From: Deinococcota bacterium
Lineage (GTDB): Bacteria; Deinococcota; Deinococci; Deinococcales; Thermaceae
DNA: 36,916 bases
Assembly: GCA_041695225.1 (NCBI GenBank)
Contig: JBGFRI010000033.1
Span: forward strand, 1-36,916
Direction: 5' to 3'
Translations under genes and position numbers: made by a program
The notes under the pieces: generated by a model
Databases searched by the model: none
The model's input: the letters and a program-made list of their open reading frames with translations, nothing else
Told to the model about the DNA's origin: nothing
Shown here: piece after piece, positions 19,179 through 28,059 of the stretch
Layout: each line of letters starts with the position of its first letter
Position numbering within the stretch: position 1 is the first letter of the stretch

Positions 19179-19362
19179 GCATGGATAAGTCTATAGCCGA
19201 TAGCCGATAGCCGATAGCTATCTTATCTTTTGCTACAGGCTATTAGCTATCAGCTATCAGCCTGACTGCACATAGGTCAGCCAGGCGCGGTATCTGGGGT
19301 TTCGGCCCTGCGCTGCGTCCATATAGGCGGCCCTGAGTTTGAGGGTGTGTTCGCCAGTCTGG
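19179..19362. repeat. Decayed duplicate of the ilvE 3' end and downstream spacer, copy 2
   Basis: Matches 18016-18213 with scattered transitions and two fewer heptamer units. Confidence 0.9.
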
Positions 19363-19408
19363 ACCGGATGCAGTGTTGTACAGACAGGGACTTAGTTCTG
19401 ACGCTTGA

Positions 19409-20209
19409 TCATACTTCTTTGAGGAGCGATTTGAGCGCCTCGGGCAGCAGGTTGCGGTAGGGCCGGGTCTCCTTCTGGCCGGTGCGAAGCTGCAGGTAGC
19501 GCCGGGCGGTATCTTGCAGGATGGCGATCAGTTCGGGCTGCTGGATCACCTGGGGCAGCAGCTCGTGCAACTGGGCCTGAAGCCTGCTCTGAGCCAGGTA
19601 GCGGGCTGCGCTCAGGGCGTTGCCCTCGAGGCGGGGCTTGAGTGGAAAACGGGTCAGTCGCCCCGCCTCACGCTGTACCGCAGCCTCGCCCAACAGCTTC
19701 TGACAAGGCTTACAGGGGTTTTCCTGGCTGGGTGAGCCACAGATCGGGCAAGGTGGGTAGGGGCTCTCTTTCTGCCGCTGCATCACTGCCTTACCCGCGC
19801 GAAGGATCACGCCCTGGAGGTCCTGGGGAGAGTGTTGCGCCAGCAGGTACAGCCGGGCTTCTTCCTCTGGGTTAAGTGTGGGTAATGCAGCGGGTTTGCT
19901 CCTGGGCCTGGCTCTTTTTTCCACCCCCACCAAAAACCGCACTTCCTGCACCAGCCCGGGTAGCTTTTCCTGGTAGCGCTGGATGAACTCGTGGCGCAGA
20001 TAGGTAAGCTGGTGGGCGATTACCGAGTCGGCCGCTCGCACGAACAACACCCCGTCCTCCAGGCGCTCGGCCTCGGTCAGCTCGCTCAGGGCTGGCCCGG
20101 CAATGCTGGGCCACAAGGCCAGTACCTTACCCCGTCGGACCCCGGTACTTAGTCCCTTTTTTTGCAGGATTCTGGCAACGATCTCGGCGGATGGTCTGGC
20201 CTTTGACAT
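19409..20209 (-). CDS. DUF721/DciA family protein with Cys4 motif
   Basis: W..IAG..L...T....LEDGVL.V...DS..AHQL and CPIC..CKPC; lies downstream of recF. Confidence 0.8.
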   Translation of the reverse strand: MSKARPSAEIVARILQKKGLSTGVRRGKVLALWPSIAGPALSELTEAERLEDGVLFVRAADSVIAHQLTYLRHEFIQRYQEKLPGLVQEVRFLVGVEKRARPRSKPAALPTLNPEEEARLYLLAQHSPQDLQGVILRAGKAVMQRQKESPYPPCPICGSPSQENPCKPCQKLLGEAAVQREAGRLTRFPLKPRLEGNALSAARYLAQSRLQAQLHELLPQVIQQPELIAILQDTARRYLQLRTGQKETRPYRNLLPEALKSLLKEV

Positions 20210-20264
20210 CCTCTACAGGCTAGGCAAAAAAGTGTGGTTTGGCTACGCCCTTGCCCACCGTGGA

Positions 20265-20400
20265 ATAGCTGATAGCTAATAGCACAAGATAATGGCTATC
20301 GGCTAAATGTCAAAGGTCTAAGGTCAAAGGTCTAACGTCTTTCGACCTGAGACATCTTGTATGAATCATCCCCAGTCCCCGACCAAGTCATTATCCAGTC
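20265..20400 (-). repeat. TAGC heptamers plus composite repeat, copy 2
   Basis: 20305-20400 is the reverse complement of 11585-11715 minus several heptamers. Confidence 0.85.
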
Positions 20401-20409
20401 TTTATGCTA

Positions 20410-20428
20410 GACTAGTCAGCGACTAGTC
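20410..20428. promoter_or_regulatory. Candidate TA operator: two GACTAGTC palindromes 11 bp apart
   Basis: GACTAGTC-agc-GACTAGTC about 20 bp upstream of the antitoxin start. Confidence 0.65.
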
Positions 20429-20448
20429 AGATAGAGGTGTGATGTCTT

Positions 20449-20706
20449 ATGAAATCCTGGCCGGTACAAGAGGCAAAAGCCCGGTTCAGCGAGTTCCTGG
20501 AGAAGTGCCTGAGCGAAGGCCCTCAGATGGTAACCAAACACGGCGCCGAGGCCGCCGTCCTGGTGCCTGTGGAGGAGTGGCGCCGGCTGCAAACCCTGGC
20601 CCGGCCCTCTCTCAAGGAGCTGCTCCTTTCGGACCAGGCCCGAACCGAGACGCTGATTGCCGCCCGAAGGCGGGCTCGCAGACGCAACCCCTCTGCGCTT
20701 AGGTGA
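20449..20706 (+). CDS. Phd/YefM family antitoxin
   Basis: W.VQEAKARFSE.......GPQ.VTKHG...AVLV..EEW.RL. Confidence 0.9.
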   Translation: MKSWPVQEAKARFSEFLEKCLSEGPQMVTKHGAEAAVLVPVEEWRRLQTLARPSLKELLLSDQARTETLIAARRRARRRNPSALR

Positions 20707-20735
20707 GCAGCATGGTGGTCGCTGAAGCCAGCCCT

Positions 20736-21149
20736 ATGTACCTGCTCGATACGAATGTGGTCTCGGAGCTGCGTAAGACTAAGCCCCATGGAGCGGTCGT
20801 CCAGTGGATTGAAGGGGTGGCGGGAGCCGACCTGTACATCTCAGCAGTGACTATTGGAGAAATCCAGGCAGGAATTGAGATCACCCGCGAGCAGGACCAG
20901 GCTAAGGCTGCGGAAATTGAGCAGTGGCTCGACCTGGTTGCCGCTTCGTACAACGTGGTTGCGATGGACGCCGCCGCTTTCAGGGTGTGGGCTCGCCTGA
21001 TGCACCGTTCTTCCGGCGCCGTTTACGAGGACGCAATGATCGCTGCCATCGCGAAGGTACATAACTATATTGTGGTCACGCGCAACGTGGCAGACTTCAA
21101 GGAGTTTGGCGTTCCCGTGTTGAATCCGTTCACCACACCGAAAAAGTGA
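20736..21149 (+). CDS. vapC: VapC/PIN toxin
   Basis: MYLLDTNVVSELRK, DAMIAA.A, VVTRN..DF and NPF motifs. Confidence 0.9.
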   Translation: MYLLDTNVVSELRKTKPHGAVVQWIEGVAGADLYISAVTIGEIQAGIEITREQDQAKAAEIEQWLDLVAASYNVVAMDAAAFRVWARLMHRSSGAVYEDAMIAAIAKVHNYIVVTRNVADFKEFGVPVLNPFTTPKK

Positions 21150-21181
21150 CGACCACAGCACCACACCTGACTCAGCGCTAT

Positions 21182-22267
21182 TCAGCTCCACACCCCCGCC
21201 TCAATTTCCACCACCGTACCGCTGCCTGGGGTCTCGAGCCCAGCCAGAATGGCCTGGGGCAGGCTCTGGGCGTAGGCCAGCAGGGCGCCGCGCCGGCGGG
21301 CGTCTAGTTCGTTGTTCCACTCGTCTACTAGCAGAAGCGGCGCTTCGTCGTAGTGCTGCCAGAGCAGACGGTGCTCGGCCAGGCGCAATGCCACCGCGAT
21401 GCTGCGGCACTCGCCCCGGCTGCCAAACCTGGCGGCCTCGCGGCCGGAGAGCAAAATATTCAGATCATCGCGATGCGGGCCGACGCTGGTCACGCCACGC
21501 TGGAGGTCGTCTGGCAGGCTGTCCTCCAGAGCCTGTAAGAAAAGCTCGGGTTCGGTGCTCTCGGACAGGCCCAGGCTAAGCTCGCCCGGCGCAAGCTCGC
21601 GGTATACATCGCGGGCCAGCGGGGCGAGCTTGGAGAGCATGCGACGGCGCAAGCTTAGTATCTCGCTGCCATATCTGACCAGTTCGTGGTTCCAGATGCC
21701 GATGGAAGACTGGTCTGTACCCGGCTGGCTCTCACCCCCCCGAAGCCCCCTTCCGCGAGGGGAGAGGGGGCGAAAGCTACTTTTCAAAACCGCGTTGCGC
21801 TGCTGCAAAGCCCGGCTGTACTGTCCCAGCATGGCGCGGTAGCGGGCCGAGAAGCGCGAGAGCAGCAGATCCAGCAGGCGGCGCCGTTCCTCCGGCGGCC
21901 CCAGCACCAGTTCCATGTCGTCGGGGCCCAGGAGCACCGCACCGGGAAGCTGGGCCAGTTCGCGCAGCGAGGCTGGGGTCTCGTTGAGCCGGTGTTCGCG
22001 GCCTTCGCGGCTCAGTCTGACCTCCAGGCGGCTGTTGCCAAACTGGGTCTCGATCTCGGCGTGTACCCAGGCCTCGCTCTGGCCGAAGGTGATGCGCTCG
22101 GCCATGCCGTTGCGAACCTCACCTCCCAGAGCAAGTTCGATGGCCTCGAGCAGGTTGGTCTTGCCCTGAGCGTTAGGGCCCACGATGGTAGTCAGGCCCG
22201 CCGCAGGAGCAAAAAGCGGGGTACACAGGTTCCGAAAGTTTTTTTGCCGCAAGCGCAACAGACGCAC
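21182..22267 (-). CDS. recF: DNA replication and repair protein RecF
   Basis: NFRN, GPNAQGKTNLLEAI, GPHRDDL and GSRGE motifs; carries an apparent in-frame insert. Confidence 0.93.
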   Translation of the reverse strand: MRLLRLRQKNFRNLCTPLFAPAAGLTTIVGPNAQGKTNLLEAIELALGGEVRNGMAERITFGQSEAWVHAEIETQFGNSRLEVRLSREGREHRLNETPASLRELAQLPGAVLLGPDDMELVLGPPEERRRLLDLLLSRFSARYRAMLGQYSRALQQRNAVLKSSFRPLSPRGRGLRGGESQPGTDQSSIGIWNHELVRYGSEILSLRRRMLSKLAPLARDVYRELAPGELSLGLSESTEPELFLQALEDSLPDDLQRGVTSVGPHRDDLNILLSGREAARFGSRGECRSIAVALRLAEHRLLWQHYDEAPLLLVDEWNNELDARRRGALLAYAQSLPQAILAGLETPGSGTVVEIEAGVWS

Positions 22268-22525
22268 CGGTTATAGGCTAAACGCCTGGGGCCCAGGGCT
22301 CAAGTCTCGAGGGCTCATTGATGAATAGTAGGTCTGGCTGGGGGGGCGCCACCTGGTCAGCCGGTTTGTCTTGAGGAAGTCGAGCAGGCCAGCTGCAAAA
22401 AGTTGTCGGCAAGATGTCGCAGGCGGGGCAGACCGGATGTCGTCATCCCAAGCAAGCAAACCACAGTATAAACTAGAGCTTGTGCGAAACGGCCGGTATG
22501 CCCTAAGAGTAGTGGCCCCCGTCCT

Positions 22526-22556
22526 AGCTATCCGCTATTGGCTATCGGCTATCGGC
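22526..22556. repeat. GCTATCG heptamer tandem array
   Basis: gctatcc gctattg gctatcg gctatcg. Confidence 0.75.
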
Positions 22557-22583
22557 GGTATCTGCCAGCAGTCTGCTGCCCGC

Positions 22584-24551
22584 ATGGCCTGGTTGTCGTG
22601 GGTATTGCTGGTGGTGTTGTTCTCGGCCTCGGCCTGGGGCAAAGGGGTGGTTTTGCCTTTTTCGGGGCCGAACGGGCACTCAATCGCGCAGGCAGTAGCC
22701 GGAGGACTGGGAGTGAGCCCGCCTTCGCTGGCGGCAATTTTGCTGCCCGAGATGCCCTGGCGGGGGAGTTACGACCTGGCGGCGGGTTCGCTGGGCACCG
22801 CGGGGGGTGCGCGGCTGGCCCGGGAGATTAGCGGGGCGACCTGGCTGCTAGTGGGGTCGGTAGACCAGCAAGGGTGGGTGCTGGTCTTTCTGGCCGACGC
22901 CCGGGGCCTGCGCGGCGCCCGTTTCAGCCGGCCCGAGCTGGTGTTGCGCTGGACTGCGGCCCAGGTTGGGGTGAGGGCGGGGGAGTGGAGGCTAAAGCCC
23001 GCCTGGGAAAACGACCTGGCCCGCCTGGCCCAGGGCGATCTGACCGTACAAAACCTTCCCCTACCCCTACCCTTTTACCAGGAAGCGGTAGCCCTGCGCG
23101 ACGATGGGGCGGCCTCGGCCCTGTTGGCCGAGAAACTGCCCAGGGGGCTGCAAGAGTTTTGGCGCCTGGTGCGACAGAACCAGCTTCCCCCGGCCTATCA
23201 AGCAGTGCTGGACTTTTCTGAGCAGCGCCGCGCCGAGGCTTTGAACGCAGCCCGTACCCTGGCCGGGGGCAAGGTTTACGAGCGGCTTACGGCCCTGTTG
23301 TTGTTGCGAGGTTTGCAGGACCAGCAGTGGGGCGCGGTGGTGCGCAACCTGACCGAGATGGCCCCCGAGATGCCCCTGGCCTGGGAAGAACTGAGCTTTG
23401 TGGCCTTCGACCAGAACGATGCGCTCTTGGCCAAAGATGCCCTGGAACGAGCAGCGGCCCTGCTACCCGAGAAAAGCCTCTACTGGACCAACCTGGGCTG
23501 GGCCTATTATCTGTTGGGTGATTATGCCCGCTCGGTGCGTGCGTCGCTGCGTGCGCTGCGCCTGGAGGCGCAAAGCCCCGAGGAGTACGCCACAGCGGCC
23601 TACAACCTGGGGCTGGTGCGGGCCATTTATGGCGACTACCTGGGCGCGATGGAAGCCTACGATCTGGCCCTGCGGGTGGACGAGGGCCAGGAGTTTTTGG
23701 CGGCTCTCAAGGATTTGCGGGAGGCAGGCCGGCCCGGGCTTGAGTTCTGGCAGGGCTACCTGGCCGAACGAGCCGGTCTGAGCGAGCAAGCCAGGCTTCA
23801 TTACCAGAGCTTTATTATCAGCCAGCCCCGTAGCCCGCTGGCAGCCAGAGCCAGGCGGGCTGCCGCGCAACTGGAGTGGGCCAAAATCGAGATTTCGCTG
23901 CAACGGCTAATGCTGCGGGCAGGCGACCTCGAGGCCCGCCCGTTTGCGGCTGGTGAGGCGGTTTTTCCGCTGGTGAGAATCGAGGGCTTTCCCCATGTCG
24001 CCTCGGGAACCCTGGTAACCCGCTTGCTGGACGGCCAGGGCCGGGTGCTCAAAAGCAGCCAGAAGGTGGTGGCGGTTCGCCCCCTGACAATCAGTACTAT
24101 GCAGAATGGTGCCGCGGTGCGCCTGCCGGCCGAGGGCACTTATACCCTCGAGGTGGTCTGGGGCCCGGCCAGCGCTCGGCTCGAGCTGACCGTGGGAAAG
24201 CCTAGCCTCGGCCGCCAGCTCTACACCGTTGGCATCGAGCTGCGCAGCCTAGGGGGTAGCCCCTTGCTGAGCGCAGCCCAGATGCTCTCGCCGCAGGGCG
24301 AGACCCTGGCCATTCAGCTGGTGCAGGCCGCTTTGCGTGAGGCGGCACCTAGCGCCCGGGAAATCCCCCATCTGAGCCGCAAGCTTACCAGCGGCCCTTA
24401 CAGCGGCAGCAGCATAGTCGAGCTTATGCAAAAGGCCGACGAAGCAGTGGTGCGGGCTTTCCTGAAGGCGGTGATAGACCAGCCCGACCTGATTGGAGAC
24501 GAGGATGTGGTAAGCGGCTTTATCGCCTGGCTTTTGCCTGCTGGACAGTAA
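22584..24551 (+). CDS. Exported tetratricopeptide-repeat protein
   Basis: Signal peptide MAWLSWVLLVVLFSASAWG; TPR motifs YWTNLGWAYY and AAYNLGLV. Confidence 0.8.
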   Translation: MAWLSWVLLVVLFSASAWGKGVVLPFSGPNGHSIAQAVAGGLGVSPPSLAAILLPEMPWRGSYDLAAGSLGTAGGARLAREISGATWLLVGSVDQQGWVLVFLADARGLRGARFSRPELVLRWTAAQVGVRAGEWRLKPAWENDLARLAQGDLTVQNLPLPLPFYQEAVALRDDGAASALLAEKLPRGLQEFWRLVRQNQLPPAYQAVLDFSEQRRAEALNAARTLAGGKVYERLTALLLLRGLQDQQWGAVVRNLTEMAPEMPLAWEELSFVAFDQNDALLAKDALERAAALLPEKSLYWTNLGWAYYLLGDYARSVRASLRALRLEAQSPEEYATAAYNLGLVRAIYGDYLGAMEAYDLALRVDEGQEFLAALKDLREAGRPGLEFWQGYLAERAGLSEQARLHYQSFIISQPRSPLAARARRAAAQLEWAKIEISLQRLMLRAGDLEARPFAAGEAVFPLVRIEGFPHVASGTLVTRLLDGQGRVLKSSQKVVAVRPLTISTMQNGAAVRLPAEGTYTLEVVWGPASARLELTVGKPSLGRQLYTVGIELRSLGGSPLLSAAQMLSPQGETLAIQLVQAALREAAPSAREIPHLSRKLTSGPYSGSSIVELMQKADEAVVRAFLKAVIDQPDLIGDEDVVSGFIAWLLPAGQ

Positions 24552-24689
24552 TCAGTGGCGGGGATGAACAGCCGTCAATCACTTCTCCCGCACTACAGGC
24601 CCCGGCGCTCACTGGTCATGCGGGGGAGACAGGGTCTCCCAAACGGCGCCGAGGTCAGAGACAGGGTAAAAGTAATGCGATGCGCTATC

Positions 24690-24713
24690 ACTGTACCGTC
24701 TGGACGGTATAGT
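24690..24713. promoter_or_regulatory. Candidate TetR operator
   Basis: ACTGTACCGTC-TG-GACGGTATAGT inverted repeat immediately before the TetR start. Confidence 0.75.
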
Positions 24714-24720
24714 ACGGGGC

Positions 24721-25260
24721 GTGAAGGAGACCCGCACCGCCCTGCTGAAAGCTGCCAACACCGTTATTCTGCGCGACGGCATCGCGCATCTGACCCTCGA
24801 GGCCACCGCCCGGGAAGCCGGGGTTAGCAAGGGCGGCCTTCTGCATCACTTTCCCAGCAAAGAGGCCCTGGTTAGTGGCTTGCTCGAGCACTACCTGGCC
24901 CTCTTCGAGGCCGAACTCTCGCGCCGCATGGCCCAGGACCCGGATCCCAGGGGGCGCTTCAGCCGGGCCCTGATTGGAGCCACCTTCGACGCCGACCCCC
25001 ACCAGCCCATGTTGCGGGCCGGTCTGTTTGCCGCACTAGCGCTCAACCCAGAGCTGCTAAAGCCCGTGCGGGCGGCCTTCGAGGGTTATCAGCAGCGTAT
25101 GGAAGACGATGGGCTTGAGGTCGCCCATGCCACCATGCTCAGGTTAGCCGCAGATGGCCTATGGTTTGCCGACCTGTTGCACCTGGCCCCACCCCAGGGA
25201 GCCCAGAGAGAACAGCTGCGCCAGCGCCTTCTGGCCCTAACCCAGCGAGAGAGTGACTGA
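24721..25260 (+). CDS. TetR/AcrR family regulator
   Basis: LTLEATAREAGVSKGGLLHHFPSKEAL HTH and RLAADGLW. Confidence 0.92.
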   Translation: MKETRTALLKAANTVILRDGIAHLTLEATAREAGVSKGGLLHHFPSKEALVSGLLEHYLALFEAELSRRMAQDPDPRGRFSRALIGATFDADPHQPMLRAGLFAALALNPELLKPVRAAFEGYQQRMEDDGLEVAHATMLRLAADGLWFADLLHLAPPQGAQREQLRQRLLALTQRESD

Positions 25261-25703
25261 TGTTCGACTATGCCGTCAAAGCTGCCATAGCCTGGTTTCT
25301 GGGCTTCTTTCCGTTTTTCGAGATTTATGTCGCGGTGCCTGCTGCTATCGCGATGGGGCTCGACTATACCTCGGCGGTCTTCTGGACCGTGCTGGGCAAC
25401 TTTATGCCGGTTCCTCTGATTGTGTTCTTCTACGGGCAGCTCCTCCGGCAGCGGCGCATCGGGGCCTGGCTACAGGGCCTGGCCTCCCCCCGCGCCAAAG
25501 GGCTGCTCGACCGCCACGGCCCCTGGTTTATCCTGCTGGCCACCCCCTGGATTGGGGTCTGGGCGGTGGCGGTAACCGCCATGGCGCTCGGCATGAACCA
25601 GCGAAATCTGCTGCTGTTTACGCTAATCAGCATCAGTGTGTACGCTATTGTGCTGGCCGGGTTGATTGCATTTGGCATCCAGGCCGTCCGGCCCCAGAGC
25701 TGA
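25260..25703 (+). CDS. Small multidrug export family membrane protein
   Basis: PFFEIYVAVPA, GN..PV and PWIGVW motifs; coupled to tetR. Confidence 0.8.
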   Translation: MFDYAVKAAIAWFLGFFPFFEIYVAVPAAIAMGLDYTSAVFWTVLGNFMPVPLIVFFYGQLLRQRRIGAWLQGLASPRAKGLLDRHGPWFILLATPWIGVWAVAVTAMALGMNQRNLLLFTLISISVYAIVLAGLIAFGIQAVRPQS

Positions 25704-25711
25704 GGAGAATT

Positions 25712-25820
25712 ATGACACAAATATCTGTTCATAATGAGCGGCCTCGACTGGAAAAAGTCGTGGTCGGTACCGCACCCGCGTTGTATTTTCCGGGAGTGCA
25801 ACCCCTTGAAATGGATTTGC
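25712..25820 (+). pseudogene. N-terminal fragment of an amidinotransferase-like gene
   Basis: GGAG RBS, then MTQISVHNE.PRLEKVVVG, resembling the amidinotransferase N-terminal motif; ends after about 36 codons. Confidence 0.5.
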
Positions 25821-25853
25821 GTTGCCCAACACACTGACTGCGGTACGCCGCGC

Positions 25854-25883
25854 TTGACTCCTCCGCACCCAGATCGCTATTCT
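25854..25883 (+). promoter_or_regulatory. Candidate hicBA promoter
   Basis: TTGACT-18 bp-TATTCT followed by AAGGAG RBS. Confidence 0.45.
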
Positions 25884-25906
25884 AAAAGGAGTAAGGAGAT
25901 CTGCCG

Positions 25907-26152
25907 ATGCTCTACAAATTTCCTCTGGTTCTCGAGCCGCAGCCTGAAGGAGGCTACACCGTTACCTCACCGCTACTGCCGGAGCTGGTGACCGAAGGCG
26001 ATTCGTTGGATGAAGCGTTGGCTAACGTCAAGGACGCTCTTGCTGCGGTCATTGAGGCATACCATGATCTAGGTAAGCCACTCCCTCAAAACACGCAAAT
26101 CCCAGATGCCAGCCGTCCGGTGTGGTTAGAAACCGTGTTAAGCGCCCCGTGA
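25907..26152 (+). CDS. hicB: HicB family antitoxin
   Basis: EGGYTVTSP.LP.LVTEGDSLDEALANVKDAL...G.PLP. Confidence 0.9.
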   Translation: MLYKFPLVLEPQPEGGYTVTSPLLPELVTEGDSLDEALANVKDALAAVIEAYHDLGKPLPQNTQIPDASRPVWLETVLSAP

Positions 26153-26361
26153 CGTATCGTGAGGTGGCGCGTAAGCTGGCAGCACTTGGTTGTCAAGAAC
26201 TGCCCCGGAGGGGTGGTGGGGCCCATCGAAAATGGCTCAACCCCAGTACACAACGGGTCACCGTAGTGCCGGACTGGGGTAGTCGTGACCTAAAGGTGGG
26301 AACCGTTCGGGCTGCAGTTCGACAGTTGGGCATCGAGTGGGGGGATTTTCGCGGTGCTTAG
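26149..26361 (+). CDS. hicA: HicA family toxin
   Basis: GTGA overlap; YREV.RKL..LG, GAH, VP...DLKVGTVRA..RQLG. Confidence 0.88.
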   Translation: MTYREVARKLAALGCQELPRRGGGAHRKWLNPSTQRVTVVPDWGSRDLKVGTVRAAVRQLGIEWGDFRGA

Positions 26362-26775
26362 TGGAAAAGATCGAGGCAACCTAACCCGACCGCTAACAAG
26401 CCGACCGACAGTTACGCGGGAGTTGCGCCCAGTACGTATTAGCAGAATAAAAGGGCTCTTGCAGATTCCGTGTTGTGGTTTTAGACTGAAGTTCCCGGCG
26501 ATGAAGGCGGTCAAAGTGATGAGTGGGAGAGGGATTAGTGACTCTATGGGGCGTCGTAGTGCAGGCATGTAGCAGGAGCAACCTGTCCTGCACAGCGCCA
26601 CCAGGCACCTGGAAAATGGCTATGCCCTGAGAGGGGGAAGGTTTGTCTGGGTGCTAGAAAGATGTAGGCAGGCCGACGACACAGCCAAGAGGCGGTTAGA
26701 CCAGTCCAGGTCAGTGAAAACAGCCTGACCATGTCCGGGAACACCAGTTTAGACCTTGGTTAGGAGGACAGCAGT

Positions 26776-26823
26776 GTCCCTCCTCCGTTGGGGGAGGAGA
26801 GGGTCGGGCGAGGGGGTGATGGG
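26776..26823. repeat. CCCTC..GAGAGGG palindrome-type repeat
   Basis: tccctcctccgttggggaggagagggtcgggcgaggggg; same style as the recF insert. Confidence 0.55.
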
Positions 26824-27039
26824 TCTCACCGCCAGGACTTGGTCAAATGTTTGCCGTGATCTAATCGTGGCTGTTGGCAACACGCTGGTTGTCGGTCAAC
26901 TTCAAATCGAAATGCGCCGTAAAGAGGGTCGCGGATTCGATCCTTTGCTGTATGAATTAGTACTTAGTGGCGCGCGCGTCGCGTCCATCTCTTCTGACCC
27001 TCTGTTTCCTGGTAAGATACTCGGCGTAGGGACCACGAG

Positions 27040-27282
27040 ATGCCCATGACACGAGCATACGAAGAAATTATTGAGTTTATTGCGGCGGGAACGAGTCCGC
27101 GTGCTGTGGTTGCATTCCAACCTTCCGAGGCCGCCAAGGCCCGCGTGGCGGACTTAATCCATCGCGAGAAAACCACCGGCCTTTCGCCAGAGGAAACGGC
27201 TGAACTGGACCACTACCTGCAGTTAGAGCATCTGATGCGGCTCGCCAAAGCCCGCGCCCGCACCCACCTGGGGCATGCGTAG
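27040..27282 (+). CDS. Hypothetical protein, putative antitoxin partner of the HNH gene
   Basis: 80 aa, helical; overlaps the HNH gene start. Confidence 0.8.
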   Translation: MPMTRAYEEIIEFIAAGTSPRAVVAFQPSEAAKARVADLIHREKTTGLSPEETAELDHYLQLEHLMRLAKARARTHLGHA

Positions 27283-27721
27283 GTATATCAGCGCGGCATT
27301 ACGCCAACTGGTGGCCATGCGCGCTGATTACCTGTGCGAGTATTGCCTGATCCATGAAGACGACACGGTGTTTGGCTGCGAAGTGGACCACATTATCAGC
27401 GAGAAGCATGGAGGGGCAACGGATTCCGAGAACCTTGCCTATGCCTGTGCGGTCTGCAATCGGGCTAAAGGCAGTGATATTGGGTCGATTGTGCCGCACA
27501 CAGGGGGCTTCGTCAGGTTTTTCAATCCGCGCATAGACCGCTGGGCCGAGCACTTTACTCTCGACGGCCTGACCATTGTAGCCACTTCAGACATCGGCGA
27601 GGTGACTGCTCGCATCCTGGACTTCAACCACAGCGACCGCTTGTTGGAGCGTCAAACGTTGAGTGAAGCCGGCAGGTATCCCAGCGCCACGGCGAGGGTG
27701 CGGATGGTCACCCGCGCCTAG
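27275..27721 (+). CDS. HNH endonuclease
   Basis: CEYC, EVDHII..KHGG, NLAYAC..CNRAKG and FNPR motifs. Confidence 0.92.
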   Translation: MRRYISAALRQLVAMRADYLCEYCLIHEDDTVFGCEVDHIISEKHGGATDSENLAYACAVCNRAKGSDIGSIVPHTGGFVRFFNPRIDRWAEHFTLDGLTIVATSDIGEVTARILDFNHSDRLLERQTLSEAGRYPSATARVRMVTRA

Positions 27722-27825
27722 CAACGCACTCAAGCGGACGAGGGAGTGCGCGGTGGTTCGGTACCCGGTGGTGCAGGCGGGAGTCGGGGTGGTTTCGCGC
27801 CCGCTGCTTACTGCGGGCGTTGGCC
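27716..27825 (+). other. attC site (110 bp)
   Basis: R'' variant GCCTAGC over the stop; GCACT(C)AAGCGG pairs imperfectly with CTGCTTACTGC; R' GTTGGCC. Confidence 0.8.
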
Positions 27826-27873
27826 AACAACCGGAGTGTTACTCGGGCGATGGCGTGAGGGTATACTGGCAAC

Positions 27874-28059
27874 ATGAGCACGAAGGAGCTGGCCATTCGC
27901 AGCCTCCAGGAGTTGCCCGAGGATGCCACTTGGGAAGACGTTCAGGAGAGCATCAACTTCATTGCGGGTGTGCGCCGGGGCCTGCGGGAGCTGGACGAGG
28001 GCAAGGGAATTCCTCATGAACGGGTGCGCGAGGAGTTTGCTGAGTGGCTTACCGACTGA
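27874..28059 (+). CDS. Putative antitoxin of a RelE/ParE pair
   Basis: LPEDATWEDV...I.F...VRRGL..LDEG..IPHE.V; overlaps the toxin. Confidence 0.8.
   Translation: MSTKELAIRSLQELPEDATWEDVQESINFIAGVRRGLRELDEGKGIPHERVREEFAEWLTD

Noticed and set aside
18138..19182. Long alternative-frame ORFs over ilvE (and similar ones over the SDR, recF, priA and DGC genes)
   Set aside because: Shadow ORFs typical of high-GC DNA; they overlap well-supported genes and lack motifs.
18108..19362. ilvE 3'-end duplicate as a DGR template/variable repeat pair
   Set aside because: The differences are mixed transitions, not confined to adenines of either copy on either strand, and no reverse transcriptase is present in the window.
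22371..22583. N-terminal extension of the TPR ORF
   Set aside because: It runs through a heptamer array; a clear signal peptide starts at 22584.
26460..27030. Riboswitch or ncRNA in the long spacer within array 2
   Set aside because: I could not match TPP, cobalamin, lysine or T-box consensus elements; only short ORF-like debris and one palindrome are visible. An Rfam scan would settle it.
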